Of a DNA stretch of 39,568 nt, positions 20,801-31,053 are shown piece by piece (position 1 is the first letter of the stretch; every line of letters begins with the position of its first letter). The position numbers were made by a program, and so were the translations under genes. The DNA is from an uncultured Clostridium sp. (GTDB taxonomy: Bacteria; Bacillota; Clostridia; TANB77; CAG-508), in assembly GCA_946496115.1 (NCBI GenBank), contig CAMMFK010000003.1, positions 1-39,568 of the forward strand, read 5' to 3'. The notes beneath the pieces are model-generated. The model was not told the DNA's origin. It worked only from the letters and a program-made list of their open reading frames with translations, and searched no databases.

Positions 20801-22033
20801 TTATGCTTTTTTCTTTCTAATTATCCAACCTTCTTCGCATTTCATTGGTAAATGCATTAATACTTTTTGTCCGTCTTTACCTGGATTAACATACTCTATT
20901 TCTTCTCCAGTTTCATCATTCCACATTTTATTAATTGTAAATTCTTCTACTTCTATTTTATATGGAATAATGATTTCCATTTTATCTCCAACTTGAAGTC
21001 TATTTTTTACTGCCAGTGTTGATTTATCCTCATTATACTCTACAACTTGTGCTGCATATTCGTAATTTGGATTATATTGTTTTCCTTCATACTCTTGGAA
21101 ATCTTTATTGTTTTTGTCGTCAAAGAAAAATGTTGTTAATCCTCTTGTTTTTGTTTTTTCAAGTTCTTTTAAATATTTTGTATAATCATAAGAATTTGGT
21201 GCTTTTACATAGTCATCTATAGCTGATCTATACACATTTACTACACTTGCTAAGTAATATTCTGACTTTAGTCTTCCTTCTATTTTTAAACTATTTACTC
21301 CCATATCTATTATTTCTGGAATTTGTTTTATTAAGCATAAATCTTTTGAAGAAAGTATATATGTTCCGTTTGTATCTGTTTCTACTGGCATTAAATTTCC
21401 CGGATTCTGTTTTTCTTCTAGGTATAAATTATATGCCCATCTACAACTTTGTGCGCAATCGCCTAAATTTGCATTTCTACAAGATAGAAAATCGCTTAAA
21501 TAACATCTTCCTGAATATGCCCAACAAATTGCACCATGTACAAATATTTCAGTTTCTAACCCTTGTGGAGTATTATCTATTAAATATTTTATTTGCTCTT
21601 TGTTCATCTCCCTTGAAAGTATTACTCTTTTTGCTCCATTCCTGTACCAAAAGTTAGCTGTGTGGCTACTTAAAGTATTTGCTTGAGTACTTATGTGTAT
21701 TGGAATATCTGGTGCTAGTTCTCTTATTAAATCTATTACTCCACCATCTGATGCTATTATTCCATCTACTGCTAGTTTATTTAGTATTTTCACTTGATTT
21801 GCTATTTCTTCATACATACTATCCTGTGCATATATGTTTATAGCGGCATATACTTTTTTGCCAATGTTATGTGCATATTTTATTGTATTAGCTAATTCTT
21901 CATTATCTACTTCTGCTCTGCTTCTTAGTGATAATGCTCCTGTTCCACAATAAATTGCATCTGCTCCATATTTGAATGCTACTTTTGCTTTTTCGTATGA
22001 ACCTGCTGGTGCTAATAATTCTGGTTTCTCCAT
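20801..22033 (-). CDS. U32 family protein (TrhP/YegQ-like, likely tRNA hydroxylation)
   Basis: KPELLAPAG, HISTQAN, FVHGAICWAYSGRC, CAQSCRW, SLKIEGR. Confidence 0.92.
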   Translation of the reverse strand: MEKPELLAPAGSYEKAKVAFKYGADAIYCGTGALSLRSRAEVDNEELANTIKYAHNIGKKVYAAINIYAQDSMYEEIANQVKILNKLAVDGIIASDGGVIDLIRELAPDIPIHISTQANTLSSHTANFWYRNGAKRVILSREMNKEQIKYLIDNTPQGLETEIFVHGAICWAYSGRCYLSDFLSCRNANLGDCAQSCRWAYNLYLEEKQNPGNLMPVETDTNGTYILSSKDLCLIKQIPEIIDMGVNSLKIEGRLKSEYYLASVVNVYRSAIDDYVKAPNSYDYTKYLKELEKTKTRGLTTFFFDDKNNKDFQEYEGKQYNPNYEYAAQVVEYNEDKSTLAVKNRLQVGDKMEIIIPYKIEVEEFTINKMWNDETGEEIEYVNPGKDGQKVLMHLPMKCEEGWIIRKKKA

Positions 22034-22055
22034 ATTTTTATTCCTTTCCTTTTTG

Positions 22056-22085
22056 AAAAACTAGGAGTTTTTGCTCCTAGTTTTT
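22056..22085 (-). terminator. Intrinsic terminator after the GGGtGRT gene
   Basis: AAAAACTAGGAG-N6-CTCCTAGTTTTT hairpin a few bases past the stop codon. Confidence 0.75.
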
Positions 22086-22089
22086 TTAT

Positions 22090-23091
22090 TTATTTCATAC
22101 CTTCCTCAACTGCAACAGCTACTGCAACTGAAGCTCCAACCATTGGGTTATTACCCATTCCAATTAGTCCCATCATTTCAACGTGTGCTGGTACTGATGA
22201 AGAACCTGCAAATTGTGCATCTGAGTGCATTCTTCCCATAGTATCTGTCATACCATATGAAGCAGGACCTGCAGCCATATTATCTGGATGAAGTGTTCTT
22301 CCTGTTCCACCACCTGATGCAACTGAGAAATATTTTTTACCTAGCTCTAATCTTTCTTTTTTGTATGTTCCTGCAACTGGATGTTGGAATCTTGTTGGGT
22401 TTGTAGAGTTACCTGTTATAGATATATCTACATCTTCTAGCCACATTATAGCTACACCTTCTCTAACATCATTTGCACCATAGCATCTAACTTTACTTCT
22501 ATCTCCATTTGAGTAAGCGATTTCTTCTACAACATTAACTTTACCTGTGTAGTAGTCAAAATCTGTTTTTACATATGTAAATCCATTTACTCTTGAAATT
22601 ATTTGAGCTGCATCTTTTCCAAGACCATTTAATATAACTCTTAGAGGAGTTTTTCTAACTTTGTTAGCTGAATTTGCAATTCCAATTGCACCTTCTGCTG
22701 CTGCAAAACTTTCATGTCCTGCTAAGAATGCAAAGCATTTTGTGTCTTCTGATAATAGCATTGATGCTAAGTTTCCATGTCCTAATCCAACTTTTCTGTC
22801 ATCTGCAACTGAACCTGGAATACAGAATGCTTGCAGACCTTCTCCTATTGCTTTAGCTGCATCTGCTGCTTTTGTACAGCCTTTTTTTATAGCTATTGCT
22901 GCACCTAGAGTATATGCCCAACATGCATTTTCAAAGCAAATTGGTTGTACTCCTTTAACTATTTCATATGGATTAAATCCTTTATCTGTACATATTTTTA
23001 AAGCATCTTCAAAATCTTTTATTCCGTATTTTTCCATAACTGGTTTTATTTGATTTATTCTTCTTTCATAACTTTCAAATGTAACTGCCAT
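22090..23091 (-). CDS. GGGtGRT family protein
   Basis: Signature SVASGGGTGRTLHPDN; also AGHESFAAAEGA. Confidence 0.95.
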   Translation of the reverse strand: MAVTFESYERRINQIKPVMEKYGIKDFEDALKICTDKGFNPYEIVKGVQPICFENACWAYTLGAAIAIKKGCTKAADAAKAIGEGLQAFCIPGSVADDRKVGLGHGNLASMLLSEDTKCFAFLAGHESFAAAEGAIGIANSANKVRKTPLRVILNGLGKDAAQIISRVNGFTYVKTDFDYYTGKVNVVEEIAYSNGDRSKVRCYGANDVREGVAIMWLEDVDISITGNSTNPTRFQHPVAGTYKKERLELGKKYFSVASGGGTGRTLHPDNMAAGPASYGMTDTMGRMHSDAQFAGSSSVPAHVEMMGLIGMGNNPMVGASVAVAVAVEEGMK

Positions 23092-23176
23092 TTTTATTCC
23101 TCCTAATTAATAATATTATTGTACACATTAATCATTTTTAATATAAGCAATTTATCAATTTTTTGCTCTCTATCAA

Positions 23177-23208
23177 ATTTTACGTTTTGGTCCGTCTCAA
23201 ATTTAAGA
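23177..23208 (-). repeat. 32-bp REP-like motif, degenerate left arm
   Basis: Minus strand TCTTAAATTTGAGACGGACCAAAACGTAAAAT; 20 bp are identical to the copy at 1664. Confidence 0.7.
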
Positions 23209-23212
23209 TTTT

Positions 23213-23335
23213 AAACGAATTAAAAGTAGTATATTGCTAGGAAAACGAGTAAAAACTTTTGAGATTATACGCTTTTGTATATCGAAAAAGTTTTTGCGAT
23301 GTTTGACAACGCAAGATGCTACTTTTAATTCGTTT
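23213..23335. repeat. Long imperfect hairpin (about 123 bp), separate family
   Basis: 25-bp outer IR AAACGAATTAAAAGTAGTATATTGC / GCAAGATGCTACTTTTAATTCGTTT (2 mismatches) plus inner IR AAAAACTTTTGAGATTATAC / GTATATCGAAAAAGTTTTT. Confidence 0.75.
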
Positions 23336-24028
23336 TTACTCTTTTCTTGGGTCAATCTTCTTAACTGCTTCATCAAATCTTCCATATGTTCCAGATGCTT
23401 TTTCTATAGCTTCCATTGGGTCCATACCCTTTTTGATGTTATCCATCATTTTTCCCATATGTACATATTTGTAACCAATAATTTGGTCATCTTTATCTAG
23501 TCCAAGTTCTACAATGTATCCTTCTGTTAATTGTAAATATCTTGGTCCTTTTAATGTGCTTGAGTAAATTGTTCCTACTTGTGATGTATGACCTTTTCCT
23601 AAGTCTTCTAATCCTGCTCCTACTGGAAGTCCTCCCTCTGAGAACGCTGTTTGTGTTCTTCCATATACTATTTGTAAGAATAATTCTCTCATTGCTGTAT
23701 TTATAGCATCACATACTAAGTCCGTATTTAATGCTTCTAGTATTGTTTTTCCTGTTAATATTTCTCCTGCCATAGCAGCTGAATGTGTCATTCCTGAACA
23801 TCCTATTGTTTCTATTAAAGCTTCTTGAATTACACCATCTTTTACATTAAGTGTTAATTTACAAGCTCCTTGTTGTGGTGCACACCAGCCAACACCATGT
23901 GTTAAGCCTGAAATATCTTTTATTTCACTTGCTTTAACCCATTTTCCTTCTTCTGGTATTGGTGCAGGTCCATGATTCACACCTTTTTTAACTACACACA
24001 TGTCTTCTAGTTCTTTTGAATAGTTCAT
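23336..24028 (-). CDS. NifU/IscU-like N-terminal domain protein (usual partner of GGGtGRT)
   Basis: HGVGWCAPQQGACKLTL, ETIGCSGMTHSA, NTDLVCDAIN. Confidence 0.88.
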   Translation of the reverse strand: MNYSKELEDMCVVKKGVNHGPAPIPEEGKWVKASEIKDISGLTHGVGWCAPQQGACKLTLNVKDGVIQEALIETIGCSGMTHSAAMAGEILTGKTILEALNTDLVCDAINTAMRELFLQIVYGRTQTAFSEGGLPVGAGLEDLGKGHTSQVGTIYSSTLKGPRYLQLTEGYIVELGLDKDDQIIGYKYVHMGKMMDNIKKGMDPMEAIEKASGTYGRFDEAVKKIDPRKE

Positions 24029-24102
24029 TTTGTTTTCCTCCTTGTTTTTTATGATTATTGTATTTTTACAATCTTTAATAAGATTGCGTAAAATTTACTA
24101 TT

Positions 24103-24846
24103 TTAATATTTTAAAATTGGATTTTTTACCTGTAAATTTATGTTATCATCAAACCCATCTTTTTTTCCTATTTCAATTTTATTAATTTTTGATTTTTCAA
24201 ATTCCAATTTTCTATTTTTTTCAAATTTAAAATCTGTCGTTTCATTTATCTTTTCAACATTTATTTCATACGCTTCTTGTTTTTGGAACTTTTCCCAAGG
24301 CTTTTTTAATATTTCGCTTTGAACATTCTGATTTTCATTTATATATATTCCTTCAGTATAAACAAATGGTTTTTCACTTTCTTCTTGATAATATTTAATT
24401 AAATTTTGCTCTTTTCTGTTCATACTTTCTATAGGTGTATGTAAATATTTATATTCCCAATATATATGTCTTTGTTCATCTGTGTATAATGAATGTCTTA
24501 GGTCATTGAAATTATATTCAACAGTAAATAAACAATTTACTATGCTTATTGTAACATTAGTCCATTTTCTTACAGCTAAATTATTTAGCTCTTTTATTTT
24601 TTCATACAATCTACTTAACAGTATATTGTATTGTTCCTCGTCTATTCCAAATTTTCTTGCTACTTCATAACAATTTATAGCTTTTGTTTTTAATAAAGTT
24701 TTTTTAGGGAAGTAATAGAAGTACATTTCTCCTCTGCCATTTATTACAGAGGCATAAAGATATATGCTTTCCCATTTTTCAGGTATTAAGCTAAAAAGCA
24801 TATTTTGCATTTCTTTATATATCTTTTGCACTTCTTTTGCTGGCAA
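24103..24846 (-). CDS. DUF600/YezG-like immunity family protein with charged C-terminal extension
   Basis: LIPEKWESIYLYA...GEMYFYY...WTNVTI...F.VEY.F...WEYKYL pattern; TTG start at 24846 after a GGAGG RBS. Confidence 0.75.
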   Translation of the reverse strand: MPAKEVQKIYKEMQNMLFSLIPEKWESIYLYASVINGRGEMYFYYFPKKTLLKTKAINCYEVARKFGIDEEQYNILLSRLYEKIKELNNLAVRKWTNVTISIVNCLFTVEYNFNDLRHSLYTDEQRHIYWEYKYLHTPIESMNRKEQNLIKYYQEESEKPFVYTEGIYINENQNVQSEILKKPWEKFQKQEAYEINVEKINETTDFKFEKNRKLEFEKSKINKIEIGKKDGFDDNINLQVKNPILKY

Positions 24847-24913
24847 TAGCTCCACCTCCCCTAAATACTTTTTTACTACATATTTTAGACAAATTGCCAA
24901 GACAAACTTTTAA

Positions 24914-26431
24914 TTATCTTACAAGTAAACTTTCTCCTGTCATTTCTGCTGGTTTTTCTAATCCCATCATATCTAGCATTGTTGGTGCTAAATCTGCAAG
25001 TTTACCATTTTTTATTTTTACATTTTCCATTCCATATAATATTAGTGGAACAGGATTTGTTGTATGTGATGTAAATGGTTCACCTGTTTTATAATCTATC
25101 ATTTGCTCTGCATTTCCATGGTCTGCTGTAATTAATGCTTTTCCTTCATGTTTGCTTAGTGCATCTATTATTTTTCCAACACATTCATCTACTGCTTCAA
25201 TTGCTTTTTCAGCAGCTTCTAAATTTCCTGTGTGTCCAACCATGTCTGGATTTGCAAAGTTTAAAATAATTGTATCATATTTTTCTGAATTTATTGCATC
25301 TACAACTTTTTCAGTTACTTCATACGCACTCATTTCAGGTTTCATATCATATGTTTCTACTTTTGGTGAAGGTACTAATATTCTATCTTCTCCTTTGAAA
25401 GGTTGTTCCTTTCCACCATTGAAGAAGAATGTAACATGTGCATATTTTTCTGTTTCTGCAATTCTAAGTTGTGTCATTCCTTTGCTACTTACATATTCAC
25501 CATAAGTATTTTTTAAGTCCTCTTGTTTAAATGCAATGTGTACATTTGGCATTGTTGCGTCATATTCAGTCATTGTTACAAAGTATAAATTCATTTTCTT
25601 TGTTTCAAATCCGTCAAATTTTGGATCAACTAATGCTCTTGTTATTTGTCTTGCTCTGTCTGGTCTAAAGTTGAAGAATATTACTGAATCTCCATCTTCA
25701 ATTTTTGCACCATTTCCAATTACAGCTGGTACAACAAATTCATCAAACACTTCTTTTTGGTAAGAGCTTTCTATTGCTTCTGTTGCAGTAGTATATTTTT
25801 CTCCTTCTGCATATACTAGTGCATCATAGCATTTTTTAACTCTTTCCCATCTTTTATCTCTATCCATTGCATAGAATCTTCCTGAAAGAGTAGCTATTTT
25901 TCCAATTCCTTTTTCTTTCATTTTTTCTTCCAACTTTTGAATATACCCTTCTGCTGATGCTGGAAGTGTATCTCTTCCATCTAAGAAACAATGTACATAC
26001 ACATTTTCGAAATCTTTTCTTTTTGCAAGTTCTAATAATGCATATAAATGTCTTTGATGACTGTGTACTCCACCGTCTGAAAGTAGTCCCATAATGTGTA
26101 ATTTAGAATTATTTTTCTTGCAATTTTCAATAGCTTCTGTAAATTCTTTTATACTAAAGAAATCTCCTTCTTCTATTGATTTTGTTATTCGAGTTAAGTC
26201 TTGATAAACAATTCTTCCTGCACCAATATTAGTATGACCTACTTCTGAATTTCCCATTTGTCCCTCTGGAAGTCCAACACTTGGTCCACTTGCATATACT
26301 TCTGCTGTTGGACATGTCATCATTAGTTTGTCAATATTAGGCTTCTTTGCGTTTGCAACAGCATTACCTTCTTTGTTAGGATTTTTACCAAAGCCGTCTA
26401 ATATCATTAGCATTGTTACTTTCTTACTCAT
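24914..26431 (-). CDS. gpmI: 2,3-bisphosphoglycerate-independent phosphoglycerate mutase
   Basis: [53 protein letters not shown]. Confidence 0.98.
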   Translation of the reverse strand: MSKKVTMLMILDGFGKNPNKEGNAVANAKKPNIDKLMMTCPTAEVYASGPSVGLPEGQMGNSEVGHTNIGAGRIVYQDLTRITKSIEEGDFFSIKEFTEAIENCKKNNSKLHIMGLLSDGGVHSHQRHLYALLELAKRKDFENVYVHCFLDGRDTLPASAEGYIQKLEEKMKEKGIGKIATLSGRFYAMDRDKRWERVKKCYDALVYAEGEKYTTATEAIESSYQKEVFDEFVVPAVIGNGAKIEDGDSVIFFNFRPDRARQITRALVDPKFDGFETKKMNLYFVTMTEYDATMPNVHIAFKQEDLKNTYGEYVSSKGMTQLRIAETEKYAHVTFFFNGGKEQPFKGEDRILVPSPKVETYDMKPEMSAYEVTEKVVDAINSEKYDTIILNFANPDMVGHTGNLEAAEKAIEAVDECVGKIIDALSKHEGKALITADHGNAEQMIDYKTGEPFTSHTTNPVPLILYGMENVKIKNGKLADLAPTMLDMMGLEKPAEMTGESLLVR

Positions 26432-26503
26432 TTTTTACCATCCTTTTCTTTTAATTCGTCTGAAAAAACTTTGTCAATTCTTAATTAAAATTTTTCCAAC
26501 CCC

Positions 26504-26642
26504 CAATATACATTCTTCCACATTTCACTGCGCAGGTCGCTATTTGCTCCAGCTTGCACGCTACACTCTGCAGTTCTACTTAGTTAAAGTCATAAATGCT
26601 CGCGCTGCAACCGTTCGCTGAAATGTTCCAGAATATATATTG
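26504..26642. repeat. Palindromic element C
   Basis: CAATATACATTCTTCCACATTTCACTGCGC...GCTGAAATGTTCCAGAATATATATTG; left half resembles B, right half resembles E. Confidence 0.85.
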
Positions 26643-26660
26643 TGGCATTTAGCATAATTT

Positions 26661-27416
26661 TTATTTCTTGTCAAAATTGACTATCTTTTCGAAGCTGTCT
26701 ACTTTTAGACTTGCTCCACCTACTAGACCTCCGTCTATATCTGACATTGAAAATAATTCTTTTGCATTTTCTGGTTTTACACTTCCGCCATACAAAATAA
26801 TTAATTCTTCTGATACAGCTTCACCATAAAGTTCTTTTATTTTGTTTCTTATTTGTTTAATACTATTATTTGCATCTTTTGATGTAGCTGTTTTACCAGT
26901 TCCAATTGCCCAAATAGGCTCATAAGCTATTATTGTATTCTTTACTTCTTCATTTGTCAAGTTTAAAGTCGCTTTTTCTACTTGAGAAGTTATGACTTTT
27001 TCAGTTTCATTTGCTACTCTTTGCTCTAATGTTTCACCAACACAAACTATTGGTTTTAGTCCTTCATTCAAAGAAGCTTTTAATTTTAAATTAACTGTTT
27101 CATCAGTTTCTGCAAAATATTGTCTTCTTTCTGAATGTCCTATAATAACATATTCTGTATTTATTGATTTAAGCATTTTAGGTGATACTTCTCCTGTGTA
27201 TGCCCCAGATTCTTTATAGAATACATTTTGTGCACCTATATGAATATTTGTTTCTTGCACTGTTAATAGTGAATAAAATAAATCTGTATATGGAACACAT
27301 AAAATTACTTCATTTTTTGTGTCTTTAACCATTGGTGCTAAATTTGTAATGAATTCTATTGCTTCATTAGGAAGCATATTCATTTTCCAGTTTCCAGCGA
27401 TAACTTTTTTTCTCAT
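26661..27416 (-). CDS. tpiA: Triosephosphate isomerase
   Basis: AGNWKMN, IGHSERR, AYEPIWAIGTG, YGGSV, LVGGASL. Confidence 0.98.
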   Translation of the reverse strand: MRKKVIAGNWKMNMLPNEAIEFITNLAPMVKDTKNEVILCVPYTDLFYSLLTVQETNIHIGAQNVFYKESGAYTGEVSPKMLKSINTEYVIIGHSERRQYFAETDETVNLKLKASLNEGLKPIVCVGETLEQRVANETEKVITSQVEKATLNLTNEEVKNTIIAYEPIWAIGTGKTATSKDANNSIKQIRNKIKELYGEAVSEELIILYGGSVKPENAKELFSMSDIDGGLVGGASLKVDSFEKIVNFDKK

Positions 27417-27460
27417 AAGACCTCCTCATCACTATTCATAACTTAAGAAATTTGTTCTAA

Positions 27461-27590
27461 TTTCAATATAAATTCTTTCACATTTCACTTCGCGGTTCGC
27501 TCGTTCAGACCTCGCTCAGCGCTCGCACGCTGTGCTTAAGCTCCTACGTCGCCTACGCTCGCTCGAAATGTTCAAGAACATATATTGAAA
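27461..27590. repeat. Palindromic element D
   Basis: TTTCAATATAAATTCTTTCACATTTC...GAAATGTTCAAGAACATATATTGAAA; shares ACTTCGCGGTTCG and CTCAGCGCTCGCACG with A. Confidence 0.85.
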
Positions 27591-27601
27591 ACTACGAATT
27601 G

Positions 27602-28789
27602 TTATTTGTCCTGAATACATTCAATTCCTGGTAATTTTTTACCTTCAATAAATTCTAGTGATGCTCCACCACCAGTAGAGATATGAGACATTTTATCTGC
27701 TAATCCTGCTTTTGTTACAGCAGCTGCTGAATCTCCTCCACCAATTATTGTTGTGCAATCAGTTAAATTTGCTAAGCAATTTGCAATTGCATTTGTTCCA
27801 ACTGCGAATTGGTCAAATTCAAATAATCCAACTGGACCATTCCATAATACTGTTTTAGCTTTTTGAAGTTCTTCAGTATATAGTTTGATTGTTTCTGGGC
27901 CTATATCAAATCCTTCCCATCCATCTGGTATTTCTGAATATTTTACTACTTTACTTTCTGTATCTGGTTTAAATTCTTTTCCTATTTTATTGTCTAATGG
28001 TAAAAGCATTTTTACACCTTTATCTTTAGCTTTTTGCATTAAACTCTTTGCTAGGTCTAGCTTGTCCAACTCACAAACTGAATTTCCAACACCATATCCC
28101 ATTGATTTGTAGAATGTGTAAGCCATTCCTCCACCAATTAATAATGTATCAACTTTTTCTAGTAAGCTGTCTATAACACCAATTTTATCAGATACTTTCT
28201 TTCCACCTAATATTGCAACAAATGGTCTTACAGGATTGTTTAAAGCATCTCCCAAAGCTTTTAATTCTTTTTCAATTAAGAATCCACAAGCTGATGGTAA
28301 ATATTTAGCAACTCCTGCTGTTGATGAATGTGCTCTATGACATGTTCCAAATGCATCATTTACATATATATCTGCTAAAGATGCAAATTCTTGACTTAGT
28401 GTATCATCGTTTTTCTCTTCTCTTGGGTCAAATCTAACATTTTCTAGAAGTACAACATCTCCTTCTTTCATATTGCTTGTTAGTTCTTTTGCACTTGGTC
28501 CTGTAACATCTTGTGCAAGTTTTACTTCTTTTCCAAGCTCTTTTGATAATTCTTTTGCAACAGGGGCTAAAGAAAATTCTTTCTTTACCTCACCCTTTGG
28601 TCTTCCTAAATGTGAGCATAATATTAACTTTGCGTTATGCTCTAATAAATATTTAATTGTTGGAAGTGCTGCTACTATTCTTGTTTTGTCTGTGATATTT
28701 AAGCTTTCATCTAGTGGAACGTTAAAATCACATCTAAGTAAAACTTTCTTTCCATTTACATCAATATCTCTAATAGTTACTTTACTCAT
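27602..28789 (-). CDS. pgk: Phosphoglycerate kinase
   Basis: [48 protein letters not shown]. Confidence 0.98.
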   Translation of the reverse strand: MSKVTIRDIDVNGKKVLLRCDFNVPLDESLNITDKTRIVAALPTIKYLLEHNAKLILCSHLGRPKGEVKKEFSLAPVAKELSKELGKEVKLAQDVTGPSAKELTSNMKEGDVVLLENVRFDPREEKNDDTLSQEFASLADIYVNDAFGTCHRAHSSTAGVAKYLPSACGFLIEKELKALGDALNNPVRPFVAILGGKKVSDKIGVIDSLLEKVDTLLIGGGMAYTFYKSMGYGVGNSVCELDKLDLAKSLMQKAKDKGVKMLLPLDNKIGKEFKPDTESKVVKYSEIPDGWEGFDIGPETIKLYTEELQKAKTVLWNGPVGLFEFDQFAVGTNAIANCLANLTDCTTIIGGGDSAAAVTKAGLADKMSHISTGGGASLEFIEGKKLPGIECIQDK

Positions 28790-28935
28790 AAAATACCTTC
28801 TTTCCTAGGAATTATATTATCTCCTATACGCTATTTGAATTGCTATTTTATTTTTAAATTTACAAATTAACTTTTATTATGTAATCATATTTAAAAATTG
28901 TATAATAACATAGCAATCCCTTTTTTAGCATTACT

Positions 28936-28964
28936 ATTTTATATCAAAATTGCTAAGTTTTCAA
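28936..28964 (-). promoter_or_regulatory. Putative sigma-A promoter for pgk-tpiA-gpmI
   Basis: TTGAAA-17-TAAAAT on the minus strand. Confidence 0.5.
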
Positions 28965-28974
28965 TAGTTTTCAG

Positions 28975-29023
28975 AAAAAAAGCAAAGCAGGGAAAGAAGT
29001 TTCCCCCTTTCCCTGCTTTGCTT
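28975..29023 (-). terminator. Strong intrinsic terminator after the 71-aa orphan
   Basis: 17-bp stem AAGCAAAGCAGGGAAAG / CTTTCCCTGCTTTGCTT followed by a T-run on the minus strand. Confidence 0.8.
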
Positions 29024-29237
29024 AGAAGTCATAGCCGTACTCGCTTTTTATGTAATCGCAAGCGGCGACTCTTTCCTGTTGATTGATGCGCCCTTCTCTT
29101 TGGGCATTGTCGAGAGTGTTTAACACAATTTCGACAACGAGATAGGAAGGTGCACCTTGCATATCGCTCAGAGCCCAGTCGAGCTCACCCTTGATTGAAT
29201 CAAGGTTTTCCGGGCGTACTGCATTTTTTTCTGGCAT
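29022..29237 (-). CDS. Hypothetical small protein, 71 aa, GC-rich orphan
   Basis: AAGGAGGT RBS, own promoter and terminator, atypical codon usage. Confidence 0.75.
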   Translation of the reverse strand: MPEKNAVRPENLDSIKGELDWALSDMQGAPSYLVVEIVLNTLDNAQREGRINQQERVAACDYIKSEYGYDF

Positions 29238-29281
29238 AAGTTACCTCCTTTTGCCATTGTGTTTTCAACGTATACATATAT

Positions 29282-29310
29282 ATTATATCAAATTTACATA
29301 ATTTTGTCAA
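29282..29310 (-). promoter_or_regulatory. Consensus sigma-A promoter
   Basis: Perfect TTGACA-17-TATAAT with extended TG on the minus strand. Confidence 0.8.
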
Positions 29311-29317
29311 TTTTAAA

Positions 29318-30361
<1,044 letters not shown>

Positions 30362-30440
30362 TTATTATGAAAATTTATTTTTTTAAAAGTATTTAAGCAA
30401 CTACTTTTATAAATGTTTTATTTTCATTTCAAGCAAAATC

Positions 30441-30469
30441 ATTTTATAACAAAAAAGAACACATTTCAA
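30441..30469 (-). promoter_or_regulatory. Putative gap promoter overlapped by a 9-bp inverted repeat
   Basis: TTGAAA-17-TAAAAT; the IR AAAGAACAC-N7-GTGTTCTTT (30454-30478) surrounds the -35 box. Confidence 0.5.
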
Positions 30470-30580
30470 GTGTTCTTTAGAATTTGTATTATTATTTTCA
30501 AAAATTATCCATTTTATGCATATCAAAGCAAATGAATTATATTTATGTTTTAATTTATCCATAACAAAATAATTTAAATA

Positions 30581-30829
30581 TTATAAAGAAATTTTTACAT
30601 CTTGTGATTCTTCATTTCTATAGCTATTTGGTCTTAAATGAAAACCTTTATCAAAATAAATTTCTTGTGTCCAAAAATCACGTACTTCTTTAAAAACTTT
30701 TTCTTGTTTTGGTGATAATTCTACTACTATGTCTTGAAACAAATAGTTTTTAAAGCTTGTCCAAGGGCTTATTTTCGCAGGCACTTGTGTATATACAGAA
30801 GAATTTTTTTCATTTTCATTATTTTCCAT
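30581..30829 (-). CDS. Hypothetical small protein, 82 aa
   Basis: AAGGAGGAG RBS before ATG; no family recognised. Confidence 0.72.
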   Translation of the reverse strand: MENNENEKNSSVYTQVPAKISPWTSFKNYLFQDIVVELSPKQEKVFKEVRDFWTQEIYFDKGFHLRPNSYRNEESQDVKISL

Positions 30830-30958
30830 GTTTTACTCCTCCTTTGTTACTCTATTCATAGTATATTTTTACTATACTACATCTATTTAAAATTGGCAAG
30901 TAATTTTCTTATTTTTTATATTACATTTTTGTTACAAAAGTTAATTATTTATGCAAAA

Positions 30959-30986
30959 AAATGCGGAAGAATGTATATTGCAAGTT
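30959..30986 (-). repeat. Solo arm F of the CAATATA family
   Basis: AAATGCGGAAGAATGTATATTG is identical to 10810-10831; no partner arm seen. Confidence 0.7.
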
Positions 30987-31053
30987 TTTTTATCTTCAAT
31001 ATCTTGTTTAATATTCTTTTTGTGATATAATCATCAAAAAAAGGAGTGATTGT

